Below, piece by piece: positions 1-12,700 of a stretch of 64,000 nucleotides of DNA (position 1 is its first letter; each line of letters opens with the position of its first letter). A program made the position numbers and the translations under genes. This stretch comes from Octopus vulgaris (taxonomy: Eukaryota), in the NCBI GenBank assembly GCA_951406725.2, contig OX597835.1, positions 31,682,001 to 31,746,000 on the forward strand. The letters are read 5' to 3'. The notes beneath the pieces are model-generated. The model searched no databases, was not told the DNA's origin, and saw only the letters and a list, made by a program, of their open reading frames with translations.

Positions 1-390
1 AAAAAGTGCAACGGAAAAGTTCATAATCGTTTCTTACTTGTCTCAATAGAATCCATGTGGTGGTGTTTTGTCGGTAGTTAGTATAATCGCTATATTACTG
101 TTGAGTGTAGTGAAGAAGTCCATTATTGTTTCTTGCTGGTATCCAAAGGAACCGCTTTTTTGTTACCTTGTGTTCCAATGGTAGCAACAGTAGTGATTGT
201 TAGTTGTAGTAGTAGTAACCTGTGGCTGTTACTGTTGGTCGTAATTTTGGCAACCTTGGTGGTGGTTGGGGTTGTAGCAGTTAAGCTGTGGCAGCAGCAG
301 TAGCAGTAGTGGTCGGTTCTCTGGCACTGCTCACTGACGTCACATAATTCCAAACCAATCAAAACCAAACTTCAACGAATACAAGGAAAA

Positions 391-593
391 GACCCATAAC
401 TGTATCCTGTAAGGAAACCAACCAAGCAGAACGACAAGCTTGACCACGGAAGAAAAACGTCATCAATTTTTTAACGAACCAAATCAGATCTGACCCATAA
501 CTGTATCCTGTAAGGAAACCAACCAAGCAGAACGACAAGCTTGACCACGGAAGAAAAACGTCATCAATTTTTTAACGAATCAAAATCAGATCT
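391..593. repeat. Tandem duplication, ~101-bp unit x2
   Basis: GACCCATAACTGTATCCTG...AAATCAGATCT occurs at 391-491 and again, near-identical, at 492-593. Confidence 0.9.
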
Positions 594-729
594 GCTCGCA
601 GAAAAAAAAAATTTATAAATTCATCTTTCCCTAAAACATACCACTGCAAGCGGGAGTGACTGTTTAAAGATCTGAGAAATTGTAATTCCCCCACCTCCAC
701 CCTTTTTTTACTATTTTAATTCTCACACT

Positions 730-1668
730 GTGGCCGTAGCAGCAATAGTAGTGACTACGGTGGTTGTAGTAGTAGTGCTGCTAGTGGAAGCAGTCGTAGT
801 GGTCGTGGTGGTTGTAGTAGAATTTCATTTTTCCTTTTCGGAAGACCAATGTTTTGTTTTAATATTCCTGAACACCCTGAATAATAATATGATAAAGAAA
901 TATAATAATAACAATAATAATGACAGTTTTAATAATAATAAGAAGGAAAATAAGAATAAAATTTGGTTAATAGTTCCTTATGGTGCTCAAGTTAAAACGA
1001 ACATTATTAAAGAGACTTTAGATATTATTGAACTATTTATTCGAGATAATCATAAATATAAAAACATTTTCTCTAGTAATAATTTTGGAGTAAGTTATTC
1101 CACCACTAATAGTGTAGGTAACATTATTTCTTCTTTTAACAAATTTAAACTGAATAATTTTTATAAAAATAAATTATATAATAATACCAATAATAAAGAT
1201 AAGACACTAATTAACTGTACATGTAGAGATAAAACTAAATGTAAATTAAATAATAAATGTGATATTAACGATGTAATGCATAAATGTATAGTTACATTAC
1301 ATGATGAGAATAATATTAATAATAATAACTCAAACGCGATATATATAGGGTCCACTTCCTCTAAAATAAAATTAAGAATCGCACAACATATGAATTCATT
1401 TAAAAATAAAAACTTAATTAACTCCACTGGACTTAGCAAGTACATTTGGGGACTTAAATCCCAAAATATTAATTATAATATATCTTGGGAAATAATTAGT
1501 AAAACTAAATCATATAGTATAGGAGCGAATTTTTGTTATTTATATTCTAATGAGTTTAAGGAAATTTTATTTTATAAGCATAATAATTTACTGAATATCT
1601 GTGATGAGCGCAAAATAAAATGCAGACACAAGTTACTTTACTTATATAATAATTTTTTTGATAAATAA
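730..1668 (+). CDS. Penelope-like retroelement (Naiad-type) C-terminal fragment: RT thumb/linker, Cys-rich finger and GIY-YIG endonuclease; 5' truncated, true PLE sequence starts ~860
   Basis: HKYKNIFSSNNFGVSYST..IISSFN; CTCRDKTKC..C linker; IYIGST..KLRIAQHMNSF..STGLSKYIWGLK..ISWEII..C.LY..E..LLN..KCRH match the PLE GIY-YIG layout. The first ~40 aa are (GTA/GTG)n filler. Confidence 0.8.
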   Translation: MAVAAIVVTTVVVVVVLLVEAVVVVVVVVVEFHFSFSEDQCFVLIFLNTLNNNMIKKYNNNNNNDSFNNNKKENKNKIWLIVPYGAQVKTNIIKETLDIIELFIRDNHKYKNIFSSNNFGVSYSTTNSVGNIISSFNKFKLNNFYKNKLYNNTNNKDKTLINCTCRDKTKCKLNNKCDINDVMHKCIVTLHDENNINNNNSNAIYIGSTSSKIKLRIAQHMNSFKNKNLINSTGLSKYIWGLKSQNINYNISWEIISKTKSYSIGANFCYLYSNEFKEILFYKHNNLLNICDERKIKCRHKLLYLYNNFFDK

Positions 1669-3650
1669 TGAATATTTCTTAGCCTTAATTAGCTCCCTAT
1701 TTGTTGTTTTATGTAATAGTATTCTAAATATAGCAGGTGATTTGTAGTACATATTATATTAGTTTATTTTAGTTATTTAGGTTCTGTTTTTAAGTATAGT
1801 TAGATTATATATAGTTGTTCATTTTATTACTAAATATTTTATTACTAAATATATTTTTCATAAATATTTAATGGTTTATTGAATATAGAGTTTGGTAAGT
1901 TACAATTTTATTTATTTTATATATTTTTTTATATATTTTGTTATATTTCTGTTATAACTTCGTTAAATTATAATTTTTGTTATATTAATCTATTTGTATG
2001 TAATCTCTTTATATTTGAAATAGATTTATTTAGTTGTTTATTTAATCTATTTTATTTAATATAGAAGTATAGATTAGTAGATTAATTATTCAGATTTAAC
2101 TTAATATTTACCTATATTTTGTATTGTAGTATGATTATAGACATTTATATATGTATTTATTATATGATATATGTGGTTGTGTGTGTATGTATATATGTGT
2201 ATATGATGATGTGTGTGTATATATATATGTATATGTATATACATTTATTTATGTGTATGTGTGTGGGTGTGTATATATAAGTGTAAGTGTATATATTGAG
2301 TATTGTATGTATGTACACGTATGTATGAGTGTGAATATGTGTATGTGTGTATGTGTGTGTATATATGTGTGTATATATGTATACGTATGTGTGATGTATG
2401 TGTATATGTGTATGTATATGTATGTATATATATATGTATGTATATGTATATATGTATGTATATGTATGTATATTTTTTTATATATTTATGTATACGTATG
2501 TATAGTTGTACTACAAATTTTGATAAGTATTTATAATTTTGGTTATGATCACTAATTTTAGCTTATAATTATAAAGGCATGGGAAAGACTTTATAGTATG
2601 TTGAGGGGTTACTTTATAAATAAATCTTTATAAATTTATTAATCTTATAAGATTTTTAGAATATATTTAATAATTAATGGTTTTTAATCATTTAAATCAT
2701 TTAATTTATTTTGTATTAAGTTTCATTTATCATAGTTATTTTATTAAATAATATTATATTATAGAGAGATTTTATTCTTTATTTGTGACTTCATTCTATT
2801 TACAATGATAAACAAATAATTTTCCCATTCACAATCATTAATAAAACGTAGATTCCTCACACGTAATGAATTCTTCAACAATGTATTCTTTTTTTTGTTG
2901 CTAATAACGTAATTCCACGAGTATTCTAATAAACGCTGTAAAGACGTTTTCCGATTCAAAAATTTTAGTTCATTGCTAAACCTCGCTAAGATAAGTATGT
3001 ATTTATTTAAGATCTTCAAATTGTAAATTTTAATATTGTATAAGTCTTTGGAGTAATAATATTCTCCTTATGTAAATACCGTTGTTTTAACTGATTTATT
3101 TCTTTAAATTGATATTCGTTAGTTATTTCCATTGATAATTATATTTATAGTATTTATAGTATTTATTCGATACTATATTACTACGAATTGATTATTTCTA
3201 AAAGTATTTTACATAAGATTTCCGAAAGATCGTTTAAGTTTGTTTATTTGTATTTTGAAATTAGCTATTTAATCTTTAAATATGAAAAATTAAATTTATT
3301 GGGTTTTTATTATATGTGCATATACATTTATTTATAGAGATTATTTTAGATCTTAATTATAATATTTATATAAATTTATATATTTTCATTGATAATTTAT
3401 ATATATTAGTCATTTTTAAATATTTATGTTATTAGATATAAACTAATACCGACATTAGATTATGGGTGGGTTTCCTACCTTATAAATTAAAATTAATATT
3501 TAACATTATAGTCGATTTTGATATAATCATAATTGTTAAGTTCTATGTTTCTAGTTTGATAGTAGAGTTTATTATAAGTAAAATTATTATATTATTTATA
3601 TCTTTAAAATATTGTTTAAATATTTCTGATTATATTTTAGATATTTCAAT

Positions 3651-3719
3651 CACCTGAAGATTGACTGTAACCATAAATCGAATTATTATGAATTGGACAG
3701 ACATGAAACGATCGTAGTG
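3651..3719 (+). ncRNA. Type I hammerhead ribozyme (PLE pLTR-type)
   Basis: cac CTGAAGA ttgactgt...acagacat GAAA cgatcg TA gtg. Stem I cac/gtg, stem II tg-ctgt/acag-ca, palindromic stem III ACGATCGT. Confidence 0.8.
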
Positions 3720-4104
3720 TTTTAATCATTATCTTTTATTAATCTTTTAATACTTTTGATATATATTTAAAATAATATAAATTAATTAATTTTATGTATT
3801 GCCTTAAGTTTTTCATTGTTTGATTTGCCTAATAGTGGTTTTATCTCTAATTTAATATAATATAATATTTTACTATAAAATTGGATTCAATCCTAACTCT
3901 GATTTTTCCCTGTAAGTTTGGATTTATTCCCTAATATTTTATTATATATATATATATATGTATGTATTTGTGTATATATGTGTGTGTATTTATTGATGCA
4001 TATGTTTATATAAATATACTTATTTATGAATATATATGTTTATATATGTATATATATATATATAAACATATATATATATTTATGTATGTTTGTATGTGTA
4101 TACA

Positions 4105-4280
4105 TATATAGCCACTACACACTTTTTTTCTCTCCTTGTTTTCTGTGTCCCTTTCTGTAGAGGAGCGTAGGCTCGAAACGTAAAAGACTTTTTCTATTCC
4201 TGAGCGTTATACTAATACATCTGTTTGTTTTGTACACCACCTGTCTTCGTCTTTTGTTTTTTCGTAAACTCTCCTATATA
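4105..4280 (+). mobile_element. ~180-bp interspersed element with minimal hammerhead-like motif (4151-4186), subfamily H1
   Basis: cttt CTGTAGA g gagc gtag gctc GAAA cg TA aaag. Homologous to 22381-22560 and 38375-38560; ends in (TA)n. Confidence 0.7.
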
Positions 4281-4634
4281 TATTCTAGCTGAATAGTCCG
4301 TCATTGCCGGTCAATTTTTACAATAGAATGTCATACATAAATTTTTGTATCTATTCCATATCACACCATGCCTTTCCCCAACAGACAGGCCTCTTGATCA
4401 GGCCAGATTTGTGCAATTATTCGCGAAACAACTTCATTGAGGACTTTTTTTCCCATTTCAATTATTTACAAGTCTGTTCGGCCGATTCACATGACTTCAT
4501 TTAATAAAACTTATTAAAACTTCATTTAAAGTGGATTTCCGAGACAATCTCTCAGGATCAGACGCCAACTAAACCTGTAAGTATACATATAAATAGATTG
4601 TCAGATAGTGAGATAGATAAATAGATAGATAGAT

Positions 4635-4708
<74 letters not shown>

Positions 4709-5056
4709 AAAGAGAGATATTTAGCTAGATAAAAAAGATAGTTAGATAGAAAGACTGACAGTCAGACAGACAGATAGATAGATTGATTGATAGATAGTTA
4801 GATAGACAGACATACAGACTGACAGACAGAGTTTTCTAAGAGCGTATGTACATGTACACGCACGCACACACACACACAACCACACAGCAAATTTTTTATC
4901 AATACCACGCGTATGTTAATATTCATCTCATTGCGAGCATATCTACTTGAAAGTGTGTGTGTGTGCGTGCGTGTGTGTGTGTTTGTGTGTGTGTGTGTGC
5001 ATGCCTGTGCGTGTCTACATGTGTGTAAGGACATATATATGTTCATATATATATAT

Positions 5057-5089
<33 letters not shown>

Positions 5090-6338
5090 GAGGGAGAGAG
5101 AGGGTAGGAGAGGAAGAGAGGGAGGGAGGGAAGGAGGGCGGGAAAAAGGTAGGTAGTAAAGTACATGGATACTTAGATATACATAGAATTATACATATAT
5201 GTATGCATGTAAGCGTCTATTCAAATATATATATGTATACGCCTATACATATACATGCATATACATCTATGTGTGCATGAATGTGTATACATGTACATAT
5301 ATTTCTATGCTCGTGTATGGGTTTGCATATTCATGTGTTTGAAACAATAGCACAGGTTAAAATCGTAATGGTTTTGATGTTAGGTCAACGTGCTCATGTA
5401 GCTAATCAATAAGTATCGATTAGGCAATTATATGATTACTAAGAGTTAATTGATAAAATAATCGAAACGATCAAGGGAAAACACCCGAAGGTACCGTTGA
5501 GGCATGACCACGTTTCAATCTCAGAAACTGGCAATATAGCTTAGATATGAAATGTTGTGTGAGGATGTGTAATATAAGAGAAAGGAATAGCAAAATTTAT
5601 TTGTAGAACAATCTGAAAAATGTAATTGGATGAAAGATTTATCAATATATACGTTGAATTTTTATACAGTAAAATTTTATCAGTATATATATTCAGTAAA
5701 TATTATATTGTAATATATAAGAAGATACTATACAAGCGCACATACACGTAGAAGCGTGTAGACACGGGCACACCTCAGTGCATCAAGGAATATATGCTCC
5801 CAAGCGTGCAGGTCGAAATAAATATAAAAGCATTTTCGTGCGGGCACAAGATAAATGTGTGTGTATGTAAGTTGTTTTGTAGTAAACATATAACTGTATA
5901 CACTCATCTATTTTCTACTTTTCAAACAAATATAATTTTGCTACCTTGTTTGTTACTCATTTCTGAGTCAGTATGGAAGCACACACACACACACACACAT
6001 ACACACACAGAGACACACACACACACAAACAAATAGACATACATATATATGTTTACTTATATGTATATATATGCATCTACATATTCCTATGTATATCCAT
6101 GTGTGTACATATATGTGCATATATATATGTATATACACACGCGCACATACACATACAGACAAACAGACATACACATATGAGTTTACTTGTATATATGTAT
6201 ATAAATATATATATACATGTGTATCTACATATTTCTATGTATGTCTATGTGTGTACATACACATACATACATTCATACACACACATACACACATATATAT
6301 ATGTATGTGTGTATACATACACACACACATACACACAC

Positions 6339-6370
<32 letters not shown>

Positions 6371-6495
6371 ATATGCACACACACACACACACGCACATAT
6401 ATAATACTTAAAGAGAGACAGATACATGTATAAATATATATATATATAAATGTTTATGATATATGTTTATGTGTATATATGCTTAAATATATCTA

Positions 6496-6540
<45 letters not shown>

Positions 6541-6708
6541 GAGTGTCTGAGTGTGTGTGTATGTGTGTGTGCAATGTGATACAGATTGCTTTAAAATAAT
6601 ATATGAATTATTTAACGCGGAACTGAAAAATAATCCTGAATAAACGCATACAAATACACTAACATGCACACACATTGTAATATATAAGCACAAGTAAGCA
6701 TACATACG

Positions 6709-6783
<75 letters not shown>

Positions 6784-6946
6784 GCATATATATATATGTA
6801 TATATATGTATGAGTGTATATGTCAATCTATGTCTACCTGTATATAGCACCCTCTCCAATTCCCTCTCTTTTTCTCCCTCCTCTCTCTCCCTCCTCTGTC
6901 CTTCTCTCTCTCTTTCTTTCTTTCTTTCTCTCTCTCTCACTCTCTT

Positions 6947-7006
<60 letters not shown>

Positions 7007-7550
7007 TGATATGTGTGTGTATGTAAATATGGTGCCATACGAATAAGCATATATGTACATGTGTGCTAGTCCGTGCTTGTTTGTGAGTTTGTGTGTATGT
7101 GTGTGTGTATCTCTGTGTTTATGTGTATGCATCTGTGTGTGTGTGTGTATATGTGTGTGCATATATTTCAATAATCAGAGCTTTTTACTTACTTCAGCGT
7201 GAGCTTATATAACCGACATCGCTCACATCATTTACGAATACATTACAGTAAAAGCCTTTTTGCCTGGCAGCCATTTATTGATTAACGGACTTGTCAGGCA
7301 TTCATATGTAAATTTACTTTGCCCTTCTCTTGGTTCGCCGGATTTCACCTTTAGATATAGTATTGATATATGTAGACTTAGATTTCGTTAGGTTAGATCC
7401 CTGATTAAGAACAAACACTTCCACATCCACATATGGATATATTTGTAAACAGATATAATCTTCCGTCTGTATGTATATACTTTGCGCGTGTATACATACA
7501 CACACTCATACATACATATATACATACATATATATATTTATATATGTATA

Positions 7551-7625
<75 letters not shown>

Positions 7626-7716
7626 CATATATATATATATATAATTTGTGATACGTATACACATATGTAAGTATGTGTGTATGCATGTATATATACATTC
7701 ATACGTACATACATGG

Positions 7717-7751
<35 letters not shown>

Positions 7752-7821
7752 TGTATGTCTGTCTGTTTGTATGTATGCATGTATACATACACATTCGTAT
7801 CCATACTGATGCGCACACATG

Positions 7822-7873
<52 letters not shown>

Positions 7874-7932
7874 TAAATAGATAGATAGATAGATAAATTG
7901 ACAGACACACAGACAGATAGATAGATAGATAA

Positions 7933-7985
<53 letters not shown>

Positions 7986-8818
7986 CAAACAGACAGATAG
8001 ATAAATATATATATACATACAGATAATTCATACATACATATTTATGCATGCGTAAAAGCACAAATGCACACACACACACACATATATATATACTCATACA
8101 TATTCACAAATATAGATGCATACACTTAAATCTATATGTGTGCAACGGTGTGCATACCCACCTATGAATAAATTATATATATATATATGGTGAGAGAATA
8201 CACTTTTAGTTGTGAACCTTTTGTTCTGGTTGTGTTTTTGAATTGCATGTTTACTGACATACAACTGACACATCATGTCATTTCTGAAAATACGTGTTTC
8301 TATTTATTTTCTAACATTAATATTTAACCTAAAAGGTTATTCTTTAGGAATATATTTCTCATTTGCTCTATGGTGTATTCCATAATCATACGCCTTTTCA
8401 GTATTGTTTCTCCCCGACATTTTTCTGTTTATCATTTTTTTTTTCTTTTAATTATGAGTTTAAAAGCCGGATGTGTCTGGGATGCTGCCGAAAACATGTA
8501 TGTGTGATTGTGGGCCTGTGTGAACGAATCTAAGCTCTTTATATTAAGAATATTCTTATGTATATCGCTTTCAAATTTTGGCATAAGGTCGGCAATATCA
8601 GGGTGAAGGGTAACTGATAGCGACCCTGAAAGATCGAAAGACAAAGTCGACCACTGCGGTATTCGAACGCAGAACAGACAGTCAAAAGAAATATCTCTTA
8701 GCAATTTTCCCGGTGCGGTAACTATTCTCATTTATATGTTCTTATTTATATAGGCTTCAAATTTTGACCCACTGCGAACAATTTCGAGGATGGGGATTAC
8801 GTGCTCAAATAGTACTTA

Positions 8819-9215
8819 TCTTTAAATATAAAAGTCAAGTTGTGTGTCTGTCTCCTACGATTTAGATTCCTAACTACTCCCACATTTTGTGGTGCAGTTT
8901 AACCAAAACAGGGTATCTTATAGTCGTGATTCATATCGAGCCCTTCTGGGTATTAGCGCGCGTCTACGATGAGTCTACGATTTAAAAAAAAAATTACCAT
9001 CATTTTTTCCATTTTAATGCATTTTTTCGCTATTATATAAGGGAAGTAACTCTCTAAAAATGTCTACGATGAGTCAACGATTTAAAAAAAAATTACCATC
9101 ATTTTTTTCCCATTTTTAATGCATTCTTTTGCTATTTTTTTGGCTATAACTCTCTAAAAATGCATATATAGTTATTTCCCTTACAAACCCGAGCAACGCC
9201 GGGTGATACTGCTAG
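8819..9215 (+). mobile_element. Non-autonomous Helitron
   Basis: 5' TC..TATAAAA..GTTGTGTGTCTGTC; 3' hairpin CCCGAGCAACGCCGGG followed by CTAG; inserted between A and T; internal duplicated TACGATGAGTC..TTTAAAAAAAAATTACCATC block. Confidence 0.8.
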
Positions 9216-9374
9216 TTTTATATATTCGCAAAGCATGAACGGCAAAGTGAACCTCGGTGCTATTTGAATGCGAAGACGGATAAAATGCCGCTGAGATAAA
9301 ACCCAGCGTATTAATGATTCTGCCAGGTCACTACCCTCGTATTCTAAATTATATTAATACGTATTTTATTTCCT

Positions 9375-9743
9375 TTTATTATCTCCATCTTAGCAAAGGT
9401 GGAGGTATTTTTTCAGTCGCGTTTCTTTATTTGTCTTTGGACAAGATATCTCAAGAACAGTTGTATGGATTCAGATGAAACTTTCAGGGATGTTTGGCCT
9501 TGCGATGGGAACGAACTGATTAGATTTTGGGATTGATGCATTACAAGACAAGGATTCTGGATTATTTTTCTTGTTCTTTTACTGAATTTTTGAGGGCGCT
9601 CGGGTTCATTTTTAGTATTCTCGTTTGTGAGAGCAGTCAAGTTTATTTCAGATATTCTAATTTTGAAAATCATCTCTGGCTAATTGTTGGGAGGACGTTG
9701 GTGCTGCCTTGGCGGAGGTATACGCTCTCTGAATGCTCTTGTT
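9375..9743 (+). mobile_element. Helentron/HINE-like non-autonomous element
   Basis: Starts TTATTATCTCCATC..GGTGGAGGT, ends TTGGCGGAGGTATACGCTCTCTGAATGCTCTTGTT (sub-terminal repeat plus short 3' hairpin); T-rich flanks. Confidence 0.55.
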
Positions 9744-9959
9744 CAATCTTAAGTTGGTGATAAATTATGGAGCTGGAAATATCATGAAGGAGGGTGATCG
9801 AAACGATTGTACACAGTAAATTATCTGAGCTTGTGTAACAGGTTAATATTTGTCTGTGTAAGGCAGTGAGCTGGCAGTATTGTTCCCGTGACTGGTAAAA
9901 TGCTTAGCGGCATTTCATCCCACTTTATATTCTGAGTTCAAATTTCGCTGGATGGGACC

Positions 9960-10950
9960 ACTCTCAGTGTAGACCTGTCAGTCGGAAAGAAGGTGTTGGA
10001 GAGGGCTTTGCCCTTGGTATTTAGAGTGTTCTCGGATGGTGGTGTTCCTTGATTGTCGCTATAGGTCCTCTTGTATCAGGGGCCCCTATTCTTAACTAAT
10101 TCCCGTATTTTCCAGGGTGGATTGTTGGAAGTCCCGTTAATGTACTTTGGCTTATGAAATGGTTCAAATAATCCAATATCAAGACAGAAAGTAGCGTCAA
10201 GAAAATTTACTCTACCATAATCTTTACTCATAGTAATGTTTAGTCCTAAGATTTTAAAAAGTCTTAAGAAATTTTTCCTGTGCTTTTATAATTGCACTTT
10301 GCTACTTCTGTCCAGAAAAAATAAAGCATCATCCCTATATAGACGCCCTGATACTTTCCGAAAGGAAGACTGAATTAATGAAAGGATATATATTCCGACT
10401 AGTTCAGCGACCTGTGCAGAATCGTATGAGCCCATTGCTATAACAAATGCATTCTCCCTATCTAATTTACTCCATAATCTACCATCGGAATTTCCTAGAA
10501 TGGCTCGTGCAGCAAGTATAATATCTATTTCGCGTCGAGACAAATCGGAATTTTTGATGCTATAAATCAGGGTTCTACTATGGACGATCAGTTTAATAGT
10601 GGCATAATAGTTCTCTATATCTAGTTACAAGCAGTTAATATTTCTAGAAGCTTGAACCATCCAGCCACCTCTTTGATAACGGACCAGAGGACTAATCTAC
10701 TTTTAGACTTAAGGGTGGGTATCAATGATTTTTGTAAAGTAATAATACCTATATCAGATTTAGATGGACAAATTAATCTAACAGGGAGGTCAAAAAGAAA
10801 AATTAGATTTATGGTCCTTAAGAAAAATTTGGGGTTTTCGAGGGACGTAGGACTCGATTCTATCCTCTATAGCTAAATCTCTGACGATTTGTATCCCGGA
10901 ATTGTGGATTCTTTTTTAATACTTTGTTACTAGCTTATCTATATTTCCAG
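9960..10950 (-). pseudogene. Degenerate Naiad-type Penelope-like reverse transcriptase
   Basis: Read across frames: FLKDHKSNF..PVRLICPSKSDIG; W..IKEVAGWF; DIENYYATI; MGSYDSAQVAELVG; LYRDDAL; GLNIT..VNFLDATF..KPKYINGTSNNPP. Confidence 0.85.
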
Positions 10951-11305
10951 GTAGGTAGGGTGGTAGGTAGGAACGTAGGAAGATATATATATATATAGCT
11001 TTTATAATTTTATGAACTGAACCATGGTTTTAATTATTTTTATTCATCTCCCTATTTGTTAGTTTTTTAAAACTATTAGCCAAATATCTATAATAACTGT
11101 GCTTATTAATATTAATATATACACTGATATATATTTTGTTTTATTTTGTTTTGTTTACTTTGCATTATTGTACCAATGAGTATTATATCATATAAGTGTA
11201 GCATTATGAAGTTTATGCATAAGTTTTTATATTTTACATTTTTATATTTTTATATTTATATGTATATGGAAAAATAATTTTTTTCACAATTATAACAAAT
11301 TTAAT

Positions 11306-11415
11306 TCTCTGAAGAGGCCGTGGGGCATCCTTGTTAATGCCTCATTTATACCTGCCTTTATGGCTTATAGGTTAAATGAGGTATGACTGCCCTCGCTGCC
11401 GAAACAGCTGTCAGA
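11306..11415 (+). ncRNA. Type I hammerhead ribozyme with long stem II
   Basis: tct CTGAAGA ggc..cgtggggca..[atgcctcattta..taaatgaggtat]..tgccctcg..gcc GAAA cagctg TC aga; palindromic stem III ACAGCTGT. Confidence 0.85.
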
Positions 11416-11600
11416 TGTGATTTAATTACATATTATATTTGAAATTTTATACTTATATCTCTTTGTCTATTTACATTTACTGTATATTTTGTATAATGCC
11501 TTTACTGATTTGTAATGGTGTAATAAAGTAATGTTTGGGTATAATCTGATAGTTGATGTTTTATTGATTTAAGTATGTTTCTCCATTTTCTAATTTGGTA

Positions 11601-11677
<77 letters not shown>

Positions 11678-12060
11678 TAAATAGATAGATAGATATATAG
11701 ATATATAGATAGATAGATAGATGGATAGATAGGTTGATAGATAGATAGATAGATAGATAGATAACTTTTTATTGTAGCCATACAGGGCTAAACACAGAAT
11801 AAAAATGGACGAAATACAATGTAGAATTTTTTCTTTTCGAGGTGGGATGGGTGGGGCACAAAAAAAAAAAAACACGTTTGATCAATAGGGATCTGTGGGT
11901 TGTGTGGTGTATAAAAAAGCAATATATATATATATATATAAGGTTCACAGTTTAGGTGTAGCCTTGGAAAGAAAAACCTACAAAAAAGACCAAGGTCACC
12001 TCAGACAATTCGAAAAAGAACTCATGAGTAAGTCGCCTTACTTCTCGTTGTCTCTTTTGG

Positions 12061-12681
12061 TTACAGATTTATGCTTAAAATAGTGTCGTCTTTCATACTG
12101 ACCATTTTTGCCACTTTTACCCACTTTTTATTAAAACATTCGTTCGACAAAGCCTTCCTCTCTATTCTCATCCTCCTTTTCAAGTGGTACTTGAAAAAGT
12201 TGACGAGAGACTGACCAGAGAGGAAGGTGTTTGTTTGCAGTCCTTTCAAACGCGTCCACCACACACATTCTTTCGCCATAGCCATCAGCGTAACGAAAAC
12301 CGTTTTCCCTTCCCGTTTAAAGGAAGGTGGTGGAACAATATCCACGATAGACTCGGCCGATAGGCGAGCCCGACCTACACGTGACAACAGCTGTTCGACG
12401 AAGGACCACAGCTCTGAAATATCTGGACACTGCACGAGTGCGTGCAGAACGGTTTCGTCGCTCTGACCGCATCTCGGGCAGGTCGGTCCGGTGATGGTTT
12501 TCGAACCGTGTCTGTAGTTCTTCTCTCGAACAGGTAGTGCGTCTCGATAGCACTGCCAAGCCAGGGATTTCTGGAAGTTATCCATAGGCCCCGGCCCGAA
12601 CGTCGTCCTGAACAGGCGGGTTAGGAATTCTTCGTCGACGCCCAGGTTTGCCCCGAGTGTGTCGTCGAACCTCCCCTCCAC
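12061..12681 (-). CDS. Tx1 ORF2 part 3: C-terminal CCHC domain (second 1-nt frameshift near 12705)
   Basis: CPRCGQSDETVLHALVQCP; the reading TKAFYRGLVEGRFDD bridges the frameshift. Confidence 0.88.
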   Translation of the reverse strand: MEGRFDDTLGANLGVDEEFLTRLFRTTFGPGPMDNFQKSLAWQCYRDALPVREKNYRHGSKTITGPTCPRCGQSDETVLHALVQCPDISELWSFVEQLLSRVGRARLSAESIVDIVPPPSFKREGKTVFVTLMAMAKECVWWTRLKGLQTNTFLSGQSLVNFFKYHLKRRMRIERKALSNECFNKKWVKVAKMVSMKDDTILSINL

Positions 12682-12700
12682 TAGTCCTCTATAGAACGCT

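Noticed and set aside
2759-3019. Minus-strand ORF as a PLE N-terminus
   Set aside because: No recognisable motif; AT-rich chance ORF.
2151-8276. Many ORFs rich in YI, CV, HT or LSIY (also throughout the window)
   Set aside because: Translations of (TA)n, (TG)n and (TATC)n microsatellites; no coding signal.
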